64,000 bases of DNA from Nibricoccus sp. (GTDB lineage Bacteria > Verrucomicrobiota > Verrucomicrobiia > Opitutales > Opitutaceae), in contig JASGHG010000001.1 of assembly GCA_047602425.1 (NCBI GenBank), positions 4,448,001-4,512,000 of the forward strand. The letters run 5' to 3'. Under the pieces are notes generated by a model. The model saw only the letters and a list, made by a program, of their open reading frames with translations, ran no database searches and was not told where the DNA came from. Below, piece by piece: positions 24,125 through 34,132 of the stretch. The translations under genes were made by a program, and so were the position numbers. Numbering within the stretch: position 1 is the first letter of the stretch; each line of letters starts with the position of its first letter.

Positions 24125-26842
24125 ATGAACCGTTTTTTTTCAGTTTTGCTACTGGCTCTTGGTTGGCTGCTGGCCGCGCAGCATGCTTTTGCCGACGAAC
24201 GGACCGACGGGGTGACGATCAACTGGCTGGGCGGCGTGGCGCCGGTGGTGGACGCAAACGTCACTTGGGGCACGCCTTGGCCAAAAGGAAAAATTCAGCC
24301 CGGCACGCAGCTGAATCTTGTGTCGCCAACTGGACAACACGTGGCGATGCAAAGCTGGCCGCTTGCTTATTGGCCGGATGGTTCGGTGAAATGGTCTGGA
24401 CACGCCGTAGCGGTGAAGGCTGGTTCGTCGGGCCCTTACAAACTGGTGCCGGCTGGTGACGGTCTTGTTAAGAAAGAGGTCGCGCCGATCAAGTGCAACG
24501 AGGAGACGACCGGTATTTCCATCGACACGGGATCATTGCAGATGCGCATCGCGCGTGAAGGCACTGCGATTTTCGAAACCCTGTCGATCGGTGATCGCGT
24601 TGTGGCGCAGAATGGACGGTTGATCGCCGTGCGTGAAGATCGTTCGGAATATTCGACAAAACATATTTTGCGCGAAGAGGAGTTCACGAGTCGGGTGCGG
24701 CGAGTTTCCTTGGAACAGTCCGGCCCGGTGCGCGCGGTGGTGAAGATCGAGGGCATGCACCGCGCGACGGAGGGAGCGCGCGAATGGCTGCCTTTTGTCG
24801 TGCGTTTGTATTTTTATGCTGGTTCGACTGAGGTACGGCTGGTGCATTCCTTCGTTTTCGATGGGGATGATCGAAACGATTTTATCAAAGGTCTCGGTTT
24901 GGCGTTCACGGTCCCGTTTCGGGAGGCGCTGCACAATCGACACGTTCGGTTTGCGGGTGAAGGCAGCGGTGTATGGGAACAGCCGATACAAATGGTTCCT
25001 GGCTATCGTTTGCGCGGAGTTCCCGAGGCGAGCGACTTCTATCAAGATCATCTGGCCGGCGAACGCGTCCCGGAAAACGACGCGCTGCCGCGGCCGGTTA
25101 AGATGGCTTTGGATACGATGCCGGTTTGGGGCGACGCAAAGCTTACACAGCTCGGCTCGGAAGGTTTCACGATCAGCAAACGTACGACGGAGGCGAGTTC
25201 CTGGTTGCGAGTGACCGAAGGCCGCCGCGCGTTGGGTCTGGCCTTGTTGGGCGACGTCTCAGGCGGACTGGCGGTGGGCGTGAAAGATTTTTGGCAGAAA
25301 TATCCTGCGTCACTGGAAATAACCGGCGCGGCCAGGCAGTCGGGTGAGTTGAAAATTTGGCTCTGGTCGCCGGATGGTCCGCCGATGGATTTGCGGCACT
25401 ACGATACGATGCCGCATGGACTGATGGCGAATTACGAAGACTGGAAACCGGGCTGGTCCACGGCGCTGGGAGTCGCGAATACGCACGAGCTGAGACTCTG
25501 GGCGCTTGATTCCATTCCAGAATCGAGCCGCTTGGTGGCGATGGCGCAGGAAACAGCGACACCGCCAATGCTCGTGGCCACGCCCGAGTATTATCATGCA
25601 TTGCAGGTTTTCGGTCATTGGAGTCTGCCGGATCGATCGACGCCGACCTTGAGTTGGATCGAAGATCAGGTGGAGGGACTCGTGGATTTCTATCGGACAC
25701 AAGTCGACCAACGCGCTTGGTACAGCTTTTGGGATTTTGGCGACATTATGCACAACTACGACGTAGGCCGTCATGAGTGGCGCTACGATGTCGGTGGTTG
25801 GGCGTGGGCGAACACCGAGCTGATGCCCGACATGTTGCTGTGGGTTTCTTTTTTGCGCACGGGGCGGGCGGATCTGTTCCGTTTTGCCGAGGCGATGACG
25901 CGTCATACGAGCGAAGTGGACGTGCATCACATCGGACCCTTTGCGCCATTGGGATCGCGCCACAACATCAACCACTGGGGTGATGGGGCTAAGCAACCGC
26001 GCATCAGCCATGCAGGATTGAAGCGTTATTATTATTTTCTTTCCGGCGGCGATGAACGCACGGGGGATCTTTTGCGCGAACAAATCGACGCGGACCTTAC
26101 CTTTACCTACCTCCAACAATTCAACGGCTCGCACTACCTGCCGATGCCGGACGGCGGTTACAAGCTCGATTTCCGGGCTGACAAGGAAGCGCCGCGACCA
26201 GAAGATTTTGCGCCGCGTTTGACCGCGGCCGATCGCAAGCCCGAGGCGCGTTTCAGCCTGGAATGGATGTGTTATGCACTCAATTGGACCACCGAATGGG
26301 AGCGAGGCGGCGACCAAAGCTGGCGCGCTCGCGTCACAACGGACATGAAAGCGATGGCCGCCCAGGCGGATAAAGACGGCGGCCTCGGTGGCCGGTACTT
26401 CGACATGTTGTTCGGCGGGCCGGAAAACATGTCGGCGCTGGAACCGATGTACGACGTTCCTGAATTTTGGACCGCCTATGCGAAAACCTGCGCGACGATT
26501 GGCCAGCAGGCCGAGGGCGGACAGATGACTGCACCGCGTTTGCTGTCTTACGCGGCGAACAGGCTGCAAGATCCAAAGCTGGGTCTCGAAGCGTGGAAAA
26601 AACTCGTGGGAGACATTCAGGAACCTTTGGCCGCGCCGCGAACCGTTTCGAATCCCGGCGTAATTAAACCCGTGACCGATCCGGCCTTTCTGGGCCGCTC
26701 GGTTGGCTGGCAATTGCACGGTGTCGCCAGCGTGCACTGGGCATTGAATGCAATCGAGACGATGGAGCTGGCCCGGCCCTGGCTGGCAGACTGGGAGGCG
26801 GAACATCTGAAAAACAAAACCACACCCAAGACGCAAAAATGA
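24125..26842 (+). CDS. Exo-rhamnogalacturonan lyase family (PL26 / YetA-like)
   Basis: TWGTPWPKG, WPLAYWPDGSVKWSGHA, GDIMH.YD..RH.WRYDVGGWAWANTEL, GSRHN..HWG. Confidence 0.8.
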   Translation: MNRFFSVLLLALGWLLAAQHAFADERTDGVTINWLGGVAPVVDANVTWGTPWPKGKIQPGTQLNLVSPTGQHVAMQSWPLAYWPDGSVKWSGHAVAVKAGSSGPYKLVPAGDGLVKKEVAPIKCNEETTGISIDTGSLQMRIAREGTAIFETLSIGDRVVAQNGRLIAVREDRSEYSTKHILREEEFTSRVRRVSLEQSGPVRAVVKIEGMHRATEGAREWLPFVVRLYFYAGSTEVRLVHSFVFDGDDRNDFIKGLGLAFTVPFREALHNRHVRFAGEGSGVWEQPIQMVPGYRLRGVPEASDFYQDHLAGERVPENDALPRPVKMALDTMPVWGDAKLTQLGSEGFTISKRTTEASSWLRVTEGRRALGLALLGDVSGGLAVGVKDFWQKYPASLEITGAARQSGELKIWLWSPDGPPMDLRHYDTMPHGLMANYEDWKPGWSTALGVANTHELRLWALDSIPESSRLVAMAQETATPPMLVATPEYYHALQVFGHWSLPDRSTPTLSWIEDQVEGLVDFYRTQVDQRAWYSFWDFGDIMHNYDVGRHEWRYDVGGWAWANTELMPDMLLWVSFLRTGRADLFRFAEAMTRHTSEVDVHHIGPFAPLGSRHNINHWGDGAKQPRISHAGLKRYYYFLSGGDERTGDLLREQIDADLTFTYLQQFNGSHYLPMPDGGYKLDFRADKEAPRPEDFAPRLTAADRKPEARFSLEWMCYALNWTTEWERGGDQSWRARVTTDMKAMAAQADKDGGLGGRYFDMLFGGPENMSALEPMYDVPEFWTAYAKTCATIGQQAEGGQMTAPRLLSYAANRLQDPKLGLEAWKKLVGDIQEPLAAPRTVSNPGVIKPVTDPAFLGRSVGWQLHGVASVHWALNAIETMELARPWLADWEAEHLKNKTTPKTQK

Positions 26843-28602
26843 TCCGGCTTGTTCTTTTACTGGCTGCCACCGCCATCGGCCTGTCTGCGGCGGTTGAATT
26901 TAATGTTCGCGACTTTGGCGCGGCGGGAGATGGCATGAAACTCGATTCTCCCGCGATCAATGCCGCGATTGACGCCGCTGTCGCCGCGGGCGGCGGCACA
27001 GTAAGACTGCCGGCTGGGCGGTATTTGAGTTTATCGATCCGGCTGAAAAGCAACATCACGCTGTATCTTGACGCCGGTTGTGTCTTGGTCGCGGCGAAAC
27101 CAGCTCCGGGCTTGGGCGCGTACGATGCGGCCGAGCCAAACGAAGCGGACGCGTATCAGGATTTTGGACACAGCCATTGGCAGAACAGCCTGATTTGGGG
27201 CATTGGCTTGGAAAACGTTTCGATCGTCGGGCCGGGACGGATCGACGGAGCGGGCTTGGTGAGATACGGGCCACCGGCAAAAAGCGAACGTCAGAACGCA
27301 GCGAAAGCCGATGCGGAGGTCGCATCAGGAAAAAGCATCACGGTCGAAAACGGTGAAGAGGCCCTGGCCGCCGCGGATGCGAAAAAAGAAAACCAAGCCG
27401 AGCAGCCAGGACGGCGCCGCGACATGACGGGGCAGGGCAACAAGTCCATCGCGCTCAAGCTCTGCCGCAATGTCATCTTGCGCGATTTCTCGATTCTCAA
27501 TGGCGGACACATGGTCCTGCTCGCGACCGGCGTGGATAATCTCACGATCGACAACCTGAAGGTTGATACAAATCGCGATGGCTTCGATGTCGACGCCTGC
27601 CGCAACGTCCGCATTTCCAACTGCAGCGTCAATTCCCCGCACGACGACGCGATCTGCCTTAAGAGCTCGTACGGTCTCGGCGAAGCACGCGCCTGTGAAA
27701 ACGTGACCATAACCAACTGTCAGGTGACGGGCTACGACGTGGGCACGTTTCTCGATGGAACGTTTAAACGCACGATGGAGCGTGCGCCCGATCGCGATGG
27801 CCCGACCGGGCGCATCAAGTTTGGCACGGAGTCCAACGGAGGCTTTAAAAACATCACGATTTCAAATTGCGTCTTCGACCGCTCGCGTGGACTCGCACTG
27901 GAGACAGTTGACGGCGGCGTGATTGAGGACATTGCGATCTCGAACATCACGATGCGCGAGGTTTCGAATTCGCCGCTGTTCCTGCGCCTCGGCAGCCGTA
28001 TGCGTGGACCGGCGAACACGCCTGTCGGTGTGATCCGTCGTGTGACGATCAGCAACGTGGTCGTGTCGGATGCGGATTCGCGTTACGCCTCGATCATCGC
28101 CGGCGTGCCCGGCCATCCGATCGAGGATGTGCGCCTGAGCAATATCCGCATTCACTACCGCGGCGGACTCACAATGCAGCACGTCGCCGACCAGCCGACG
28201 ACGTTGACGAACCATTTCTTCCAACGCAAACCCGGCCAACGCATGTCGCCCGCGGAACAGCGACCGGAAAAGGAACCGCGCGAACCGTTCGACGTGCCTG
28301 AGCGTGAGGTCGGTTATCCCGAGCCGAGTATGTTCGGTTTATTGCCTGCGTACGGATTTTTCATTCGCCACGCGAACGACATCACTGTGGATAACGTCGA
28401 AGTAGGCTTCGCCAAGGAAGACACGCGCCCTGCGGTGGTGCTGATGGACGTGGCAGGAATCACGTTCGATCGTTTCAAAGCCCAACGTGCAGGCGGCACA
28501 GCGCTGTTCGAGCTACGCGACGTCAGCGATTTCACCATGCGGAATTGCCCCTCCATTTCAGACACCTACAAAAAGACAGTTAAGCTGAAGAGTCTGAAGT
28601 GA
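26839..28602 (+). CDS. GH28 pectin/rhamnogalacturonan hydrolase
   Basis: NVRDFGAAGDG, QDFGHSHW, TNRDGFD, DDAICLKS, RIKFGTES beta-helix motifs. Confidence 0.88.
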   Translation: MIRLVLLLAATAIGLSAAVEFNVRDFGAAGDGMKLDSPAINAAIDAAVAAGGGTVRLPAGRYLSLSIRLKSNITLYLDAGCVLVAAKPAPGLGAYDAAEPNEADAYQDFGHSHWQNSLIWGIGLENVSIVGPGRIDGAGLVRYGPPAKSERQNAAKADAEVASGKSITVENGEEALAAADAKKENQAEQPGRRRDMTGQGNKSIALKLCRNVILRDFSILNGGHMVLLATGVDNLTIDNLKVDTNRDGFDVDACRNVRISNCSVNSPHDDAICLKSSYGLGEARACENVTITNCQVTGYDVGTFLDGTFKRTMERAPDRDGPTGRIKFGTESNGGFKNITISNCVFDRSRGLALETVDGGVIEDIAISNITMREVSNSPLFLRLGSRMRGPANTPVGVIRRVTISNVVVSDADSRYASIIAGVPGHPIEDVRLSNIRIHYRGGLTMQHVADQPTTLTNHFFQRKPGQRMSPAEQRPEKEPREPFDVPEREVGYPEPSMFGLLPAYGFFIRHANDITVDNVEVGFAKEDTRPAVVLMDVAGITFDRFKAQRAGGTALFELRDVSDFTMRNCPSISDTYKKTVKLKSLK

Positions 28603-28631
28603 TCCGGACGAAGACCGAAGCAGAGTGTTCA

Positions 28632-28721
28632 AAGGTAGGGACGACCCGCCGGGTCGTCCGTCAACGTTGCTAAAGAATCGCTCACGCACAACCGGACGGC
28701 CCGGTGGTCCGTCCCTACCTT
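28632..28721. repeat. REP doublet (REPIN-like, GTAG family)
   Basis: AAGGTAGGGACGACCCGCCGGGTCGTCCG and its inverted partner CGGACGGCCCGGTGGTCCGTCCCTACCTT. Confidence 0.7.
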
Positions 28722-29042
28722 CAACCTGCCCGGACATTCGTTCGGAACAGATCGGCCCGCATTTTGGGGGTAGCGACGAGTATTTAAGAGGCACCGACAA
28801 CCGTTCAGGAAACATCGGCGCGCGTGCGCATGATTCTGACCACGGTTCAGAACCCATCGACCGTTGCGCCCATTCTTTCGACCGTGCTGCAAAACGCATT
28901 AACGCGCCTGCGGATTCTCCCGACAACCGTTCAACACCCATCGACATTCGTTCAAAGGCCGGCGCGTTTCCTTCGGAAGACTGCTTCCTCTGGTGCGACA
29001 GCGATCAGAGCTATTTTAGCGACGTTCCAAATGCCGGCGGGC

Positions 29043-30392
29043 TCAGTGGCCGCCGGTTTTGATGCCGCTGGTGAGTGATTCGGCTTTGCTGAACTTCGAC
29101 CAGTTGTAGCCGTAGAAGGCGATGAAGATGAAGCAGGCGAGCGGAACGATGAAGGCTTTTGACATACCGTAATGATCGCCCACAGCACCCATCAACTTTG
29201 GCACGATAGCGCCGCCCATGATTGCCATTACGATGTAGGCTGAGGCGCGTTTGGCCCGTGCACCCAAGCCGTGGATGCCAAGTGCGAAGATCGTCGGAAA
29301 CATGATCGACATGAAAAAGTAGCTTAGGAAAACCGCAGCGACTGACAGCCAGCCGAGTTTCAAGAAAACCAGACCGCAAACGATCACGTTGAGCAGACCA
29401 TAGAGTCCGAGAACTTTGTGAGCGGAGAATTTTTTCAAGATCGCGGCCCCGCTGAAACGTCCGGCGAGGAAACAGAAGAAACCGACCGAGGCCAGCTTAG
29501 CGGCGCCTGCATCGCTGATATGGATAAGCCCGTCTTTGCCGGTTTCGGTAATCGACTTGAGCCACGACCATTCCCAGGAAGTCGGAATGGCGGGAACCTG
29601 AGAAGTCATGTAGTTAATGAAGAAACTAAAAATGCCGGATTGGGCGGCGACGTAGAGAAACTGTGCGACCACGGCCAAGACGAAGTGGGGATGGGACCAG
29701 ATTGAATGCGAGGCGCCAGGAGTTTTGTCATCCAGATGATATTCGTCCTCGGTTTTGATGTCGGGCATCGGAGCGAAATAGAACACAACCGAAAGCAGCA
29801 ACACAAAGGCGCCGACGGCGGCGTAGGGAATCCAGAGAGTTTCCGATCCTGTTTTCTGTCCCGCGGCGTTGGTTGAGTAAAAAAACATACTGCCAGCGAT
29901 GGGGCCGAAAATCCAACCAATGCCATTGCAGGACTGGGCAAGATTGATGCGGGTGGCGGCGAATTGTTTCGGACCGAGAACGGTTGTGTAAGGATTGGCG
30001 ATGGTTTCGAGGAAAGTGAGGCCCGAAGCGATCAAGCAGACACCGACAAGAAACGCCCAGAACTGCGCAATGTGCGTGGCAGGGATGAACCAGAAGCCAC
30101 CGACAGCGACCATGAGCAGGCCGGCAATGATGCCACCTTTGTAGCCGAGTTTGGTGGCGAGCCAACCGGCGGGCAGCGCCATGAGAAAATAACCGAGGTA
30201 ATGGGCGAATTGCACCCACGCGGACTGGGCGAGCGAGAGGTGGAGTTCGTCCTGAAAATGTTTGTCCATCACGTCGATCATCCCGTTGCAGAATCCCCAG
30301 AGGAGGAAAAGGGAACTGACGAGGGTGAAGGTGACGACGAGGCTTTTGCCTTCGGCGCTGGTGAACATGCCGGGTTTTTGATCAGAGCTCAT
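29043..30392 (-). CDS. FucP-like sugar:H+ symporter (MFS)
   Basis: SLFLLWG, LGYKGGI, FLETIANPY, RINLAQS, AQFLYVAAQ, SIMFPTIF, MAIMGGA; start trimmed to MSSDQK. Confidence 0.88.
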   Translation of the reverse strand: MSSDQKPGMFTSAEGKSLVVTFTLVSSLFLLWGFCNGMIDVMDKHFQDELHLSLAQSAWVQFAHYLGYFLMALPAGWLATKLGYKGGIIAGLLMVAVGGFWFIPATHIAQFWAFLVGVCLIASGLTFLETIANPYTTVLGPKQFAATRINLAQSCNGIGWIFGPIAGSMFFYSTNAAGQKTGSETLWIPYAAVGAFVLLLSVVFYFAPMPDIKTEDEYHLDDKTPGASHSIWSHPHFVLAVVAQFLYVAAQSGIFSFFINYMTSQVPAIPTSWEWSWLKSITETGKDGLIHISDAGAAKLASVGFFCFLAGRFSGAAILKKFSAHKVLGLYGLLNVIVCGLVFLKLGWLSVAAVFLSYFFMSIMFPTIFALGIHGLGARAKRASAYIVMAIMGGAIVPKLMGAVGDHYGMSKAFIVPLACFIFIAFYGYNWSKFSKAESLTSGIKTGGH

Positions 30393-30561
30393 GGGGATGC
30401 TGGGTGAAGCAGGGTGGTTGTGTGATGCGAGCACTGCCGGGAGCGGAAGGGCAGTGACTAAGAAAAGCGGGGTGAGAGTGGGAAGGGAGCGGGGGTGAGG
30501 CAACTGAAATGGTCCGTTGGCAGGGGCGCGACGGACCAGAATTTTAAATACGAATCTCGCA

Positions 30562-30689
30562 GAGGAACACGAATGAGAAATGCCTTCTAACCACTTATGG
30601 ACACTGAGAGACACTGATGCCGGAGATGTTTTTCCGGATAAGTGCTCATCAGTGAAAATAAGTGGTTAAGAATTCCATTCGTGTTGCTC
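30562..30689. repeat. Long imperfect inverted repeat in an intergenic region
   Basis: GAGGAACACGAATG...AACCACTTAT...CACTGA / TCAGTG...ATAAGTGGTT...CATTCGTGTTGCTC. Confidence 0.6.
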
Positions 30690-30718
30690 GTTATAATCCG
30701 TGGTTGTTGTTCGGATTC

Positions 30719-32341
30719 TTAGAACGGCTTTCCGTCGGCTTTGGTGCCGCAGAGCGAAACGTCGAGGCCGAGGTCGCGGGCGAGCGCGGCTTTCGCGTAG
30801 AGTGCGAGGTCGGCGTCTTTGGCGGAGTTCGCGTAGACGACTTGGATGTGGTTGGCCTTGTGACGGGCCATCATCTGGTCGCGCGAAACGCCGTAAGTGA
30901 CCGCATGCATGATCGGCCATTCGACGGTGGTTTCCTTCCAGCGGCGTTCGGTTTCCTCCTTGGGCAAGGTTATGACCTTGGCGCGGCCGAGGTCCATCTT
31001 GAGCTTGCCCTTGTCGACGAAGACGCGGCTCCAGACGATTTCGCCGGGTTTGGCGATGCCGCGGAGCGTGCCGCCGCCGAGGCGGAAATACATGCCGGGC
31101 TGACGGAGCGAGTCGCTTCCGGCCCAACCATCGATGTGGTGCGCGGCCGGAGCCGAACCAGAGATAAGGAACACCCAGACGTATTCGTCGGTGGTACCGC
31201 TCTTGTCGTCATCACCCCAGCGCAGATCGTGCAGTGTGTTTTCGACGGGCTGGCCGAGGGCCTTGTGCACGCGGTAGGTAAGCAGGCCGTCGAGGCCGGC
31301 GCATTCGTCGACTTCGTTGAAGTGCGGGATCGGTTCGCCGTGACGGATGATCGTGCCGTCGGTGCGTTTGACCGGCGGCCGGTCGGAATTGTTGAGCGTG
31401 CCCTCGACGAGGTCGGAGGCGGGGATGAGGTCCTTGAGACCCTGCTGGTATTGGATGCCGATGGTGTCGCAACCGAACTCGTCGGCGATGCGAACGGCGG
31501 CGATGTACATTTTGCACTGCCAGATGACCTGGTTCGGCGTGAGCTCGGTGGCTTCATTGGTGCCGAAATGAAACTTTAGGCCTTTGGACTGGTACCAGTT
31601 GAAGACTTCGGTCGCATCTTCCTCGGAAACCTGAGTCGCTCCATAGTAGAGGGCGGATTGCGACAGGCGTTCCTTGTACACTCCGGTGGAGAAAAGCATT
31701 TCGTCGGGGATGATTGCGTTGTACATGCCCATGCAGCCCTCGTCGAAGACGCCCATGATGGCCTTGCGGCGCTTGAGATCGGCGGCGATTTTTTTGGCGG
31801 TGGCGGACGCTTTGGTTGGCACGGCGCACTTGGCGAGCGGCTTGACGTGGGCGGTCTTGTGTTTGACCTCGCCGGTCTTGAGCCAGGAGGCCAGCCCGTT
31901 GAGGAAGAGCTCGTCGTCGAAATTGATGCTCCAGAGCGTCGAATATTTCACGCCGGCCTTGGTCAGGCCGCCGTTGAGATTGAGCATGCCGACGAGGCCG
32001 GGCCAGGTGCCGGACCAATTGGCGACGGTGAGGATCGGACCTTTGTGCGAAATGAGGCCGTGGAGCAAATGGTGCGAGTATTGCCAGACCGACTCGGCAA
32101 CGATGAGTGGCGTTTCGGGATTGATGTTGGCGAAGACCTCCATGCCTTCTTTCTGCGAGGCGATGAAGCCGTGATTGAGCTCGGGCTTGTAAGGATGCGC
32201 GCGCACCAGTTTGGCGCCGAGGGAAGCGACGACCTCGGTGAGGCGAGCTTCCATGGCGGCCTGGGCGGGCCAGCATTTTTCGTTGGCGGATTGACGCAGA
32301 TCGCCATTGGCGACCAGCAGAACAGTCTTTGATTTCTTCAT
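30719..32341 (-). CDS. L-fucose/L-arabinose isomerase-family protein
   Basis: [36 protein letters not shown]; upstream of the FucP-like permease. Confidence 0.75.
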   Translation of the reverse strand: MKKSKTVLLVANGDLRQSANEKCWPAQAAMEARLTEVVASLGAKLVRAHPYKPELNHGFIASQKEGMEVFANINPETPLIVAESVWQYSHHLLHGLISHKGPILTVANWSGTWPGLVGMLNLNGGLTKAGVKYSTLWSINFDDELFLNGLASWLKTGEVKHKTAHVKPLAKCAVPTKASATAKKIAADLKRRKAIMGVFDEGCMGMYNAIIPDEMLFSTGVYKERLSQSALYYGATQVSEEDATEVFNWYQSKGLKFHFGTNEATELTPNQVIWQCKMYIAAVRIADEFGCDTIGIQYQQGLKDLIPASDLVEGTLNNSDRPPVKRTDGTIIRHGEPIPHFNEVDECAGLDGLLTYRVHKALGQPVENTLHDLRWGDDDKSGTTDEYVWVFLISGSAPAAHHIDGWAGSDSLRQPGMYFRLGGGTLRGIAKPGEIVWSRVFVDKGKLKMDLGRAKVITLPKEETERRWKETTVEWPIMHAVTYGVSRDQMMARHKANHIQVVYANSAKDADLALYAKAALARDLGLDVSLCGTKADGKPF

Positions 32342-32501
32342 GATGACGATCGTGAGAGGTTGATCGAACTAGATATTCTTGGCGTAGAATTTGCCAGAGG
32401 CGGGGAAAAAGCGCCGCGATTATTACAGCAAGGGCGGTCGATTGGGAATAGCAGAAACTGGCACTAAGATGGATATTATTGGCGATAAATACAGAGATCA
32501 G

Positions 32502-32674
32502 ATTTTGCCACAGAGGGCACGGAGCTCGGACACAGAGATCACGGAGGGAATGCAGGTAAGCATGGGAGTGAGCTGTCTTCGATGCCGATAGCGTCGTTAG
32601 CGGAAATATTTCAGCAGGCTTTTGATACTCCCGCCGTCTCTGTGTCCGCGCTCTGTGTCCTCTGTGGCAAAAAT
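32502..32674. repeat. Long inverted repeat built from (C)ACAGAG/CACGGAG units (MITE-like)
   Basis: TTTTGCCACAGAGGGCACGGAGCTCGGACACAGAGA... versus ...TCTCTGTGTCCGCGCTCTGTGTCCTCTGTGGCAAAA. Confidence 0.7.
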
Positions 32675-32748
32675 TCCAAGTTCGGTCGTTCGTGAATTTT
32701 GGCTTTCGTTATTGGCGCTGATGCGTGTTCATTGGCGGGACCAATCCC

Positions 32749-33204
32749 ATGTTTCCTCCCGTCACCGATCTCATTCCGCACCGTCCGCCTTTTCTTTTTG
32801 TCGACGAAATTGTTTCGGAGTCGGCCGACGGATTGGTGGCGCGCCGCAAGTGGCGGGCCGACGAATTTTTCTATCAGGGACATTATCCAGGCTCGCCGAT
32901 TACGCCCGGCGTGTTGCTCTGCGAATCGGTTTTCCAAACAGGCGCGCTCTATATGGCGCGACAGGCGATGGCGGCAGGCGCAAAACCCGGCGAAGGCGTG
33001 CCGTTGATGGCGAAGATCGGTGAAGTGCGTTTCCGCAATCCGATTTATCCTGGAGACGAGACGCTTATCGAAGTGAAGAAAAAAGATTTTGCGGCCGGTT
33101 TCACCATCATGAGCGGTGCGATCAAAAAGCCCGATGGCACGCGTGTGCTCTCGGTGGATTTCACGGTGGCATGGAAAACGCCGGAGAAACCGGCGCAAAG
33201 CTAA
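32749..33204 (+). CDS. fabZ: 3-hydroxyacyl-ACP dehydratase (FabZ-like)
   Basis: IPHRPPFLFVD, FYQGHYPGSPITPGVLLCE, FRNPIYPGD. Confidence 0.8.
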   Translation: MFPPVTDLIPHRPPFLFVDEIVSESADGLVARRKWRADEFFYQGHYPGSPITPGVLLCESVFQTGALYMARQAMAAGAKPGEGVPLMAKIGEVRFRNPIYPGDETLIEVKKKDFAAGFTIMSGAIKKPDGTRVLSVDFTVAWKTPEKPAQS

Positions 33205-33210
33205 GAAGCC

Positions 33211-34068
33211 ATGGCTGATTTCCTCCAACTTTCCGGAAAAAACTTTCTCGTCTTTGGCGTTGCCAACAAGAAAAGCGTCGCGTGGCACATCGCAAAGACG
33301 CTCGAAGATCAAGGCGCGCGAGTCATCTACAGCGTGCGTTCCGAGGCGCGAAAGAAGTCATTGGAGACGTTGCTGGCGGGAAAACCGGTTTTCATCTGCG
33401 ACGTGGAGCACGAAGGCGCGGTCGACAAACTCGCGGGCGAAGTAGCCGCGGCCGGCCTCGCGCCTCTTCATGGGCTGGTGCATTCGATTGCGTTCGCCAA
33501 TTACGCGGAAGGCTTCAAAGCGTTTCAAGAAACGAAGCGCGCCGACTTTTTGCAGGCTACCGCAATTTCCGCCTTTTCGTTGGTTGAGATGGCGAACGCG
33601 TTTAAACTGCACCTCGCGAAAAACGCCTCCGTGGTCACCATTGGCATTTCGTCGCTGCTGGTGACGCCCGACAACTACGGCTACATGGGGCCGATCAAGG
33701 CGGCGCTGGAGTCGGCTTCGCGGTTCCTCGCCAAGTCGTTTGGCACAAACGGCGAGGTGCGTTTCAACGTCGTCGGCGCCGGGCCGCTGAAAACGAGCGC
33801 CTCGGCCGGGATCCCCGGCTATCTTGAAAGCTACCTTTACGCCGAGAAAATGACGTTCCGCAAACGAAACCTCAGCACGCAGGAAGTGGCGAACGCCGCG
33901 GTGTTTCTGCTCAGCGAGGCGAGTAGTGGAATCAATGGTTCGACCCTGACGGTGGATGCAGGTCTCGGTTCAAATTATTTTGATCAGGAAATTATCCGCC
34001 TCGCGATGAGGCCAGCGGCGGTGCCGCCGCTGGAAAATGCAAATCCCAAAGTTCCAAACTCCAAATGA
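33211..34068 (+). CDS. fabI: Enoyl-ACP reductase (FabI-like)
   Basis: GVANKKSVAW, LVHSIAFA, YGYMGPIKAALE, AGPLKT. Confidence 0.82.
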   Translation: MADFLQLSGKNFLVFGVANKKSVAWHIAKTLEDQGARVIYSVRSEARKKSLETLLAGKPVFICDVEHEGAVDKLAGEVAAAGLAPLHGLVHSIAFANYAEGFKAFQETKRADFLQATAISAFSLVEMANAFKLHLAKNASVVTIGISSLLVTPDNYGYMGPIKAALESASRFLAKSFGTNGEVRFNVVGAGPLKTSASAGIPGYLESYLYAEKMTFRKRNLSTQEVANAAVFLLSEASSGINGSTLTVDAGLGSNYFDQEIIRLAMRPAAVPPLENANPKVPNSK

Positions 34069-34129
34069 GTGTGTGTGCTGACAATTTGGAATTTCTTTGG
34101 GATTTGGCCCTTTGGCATTTGGGATTTGC
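34039..34129. repeat. Inverted cluster of 7-nt units (AAATCCC/TTGGGAT type)
   Basis: Perfect 12-bp IR GCAAATCCCAAA / TTTGGGATTTGC with degenerate heptamers between; overlaps the fabI 3' end. Confidence 0.6.
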
Positions 34130-34132
34130 CTC

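Noticed and set aside
19051..26836. Long minus-strand ORFs (19051-20376, 21690-22955, 25310-26836)
   Set aside because: Antisense to well-supported CAZyme genes, a typical high-GC shadow; no motifs.
28722..28960. Possible CRISPR array
   Set aside because: Units are contiguous and degenerate with no constant repeat plus unique spacer structure; no cas genes in the window.
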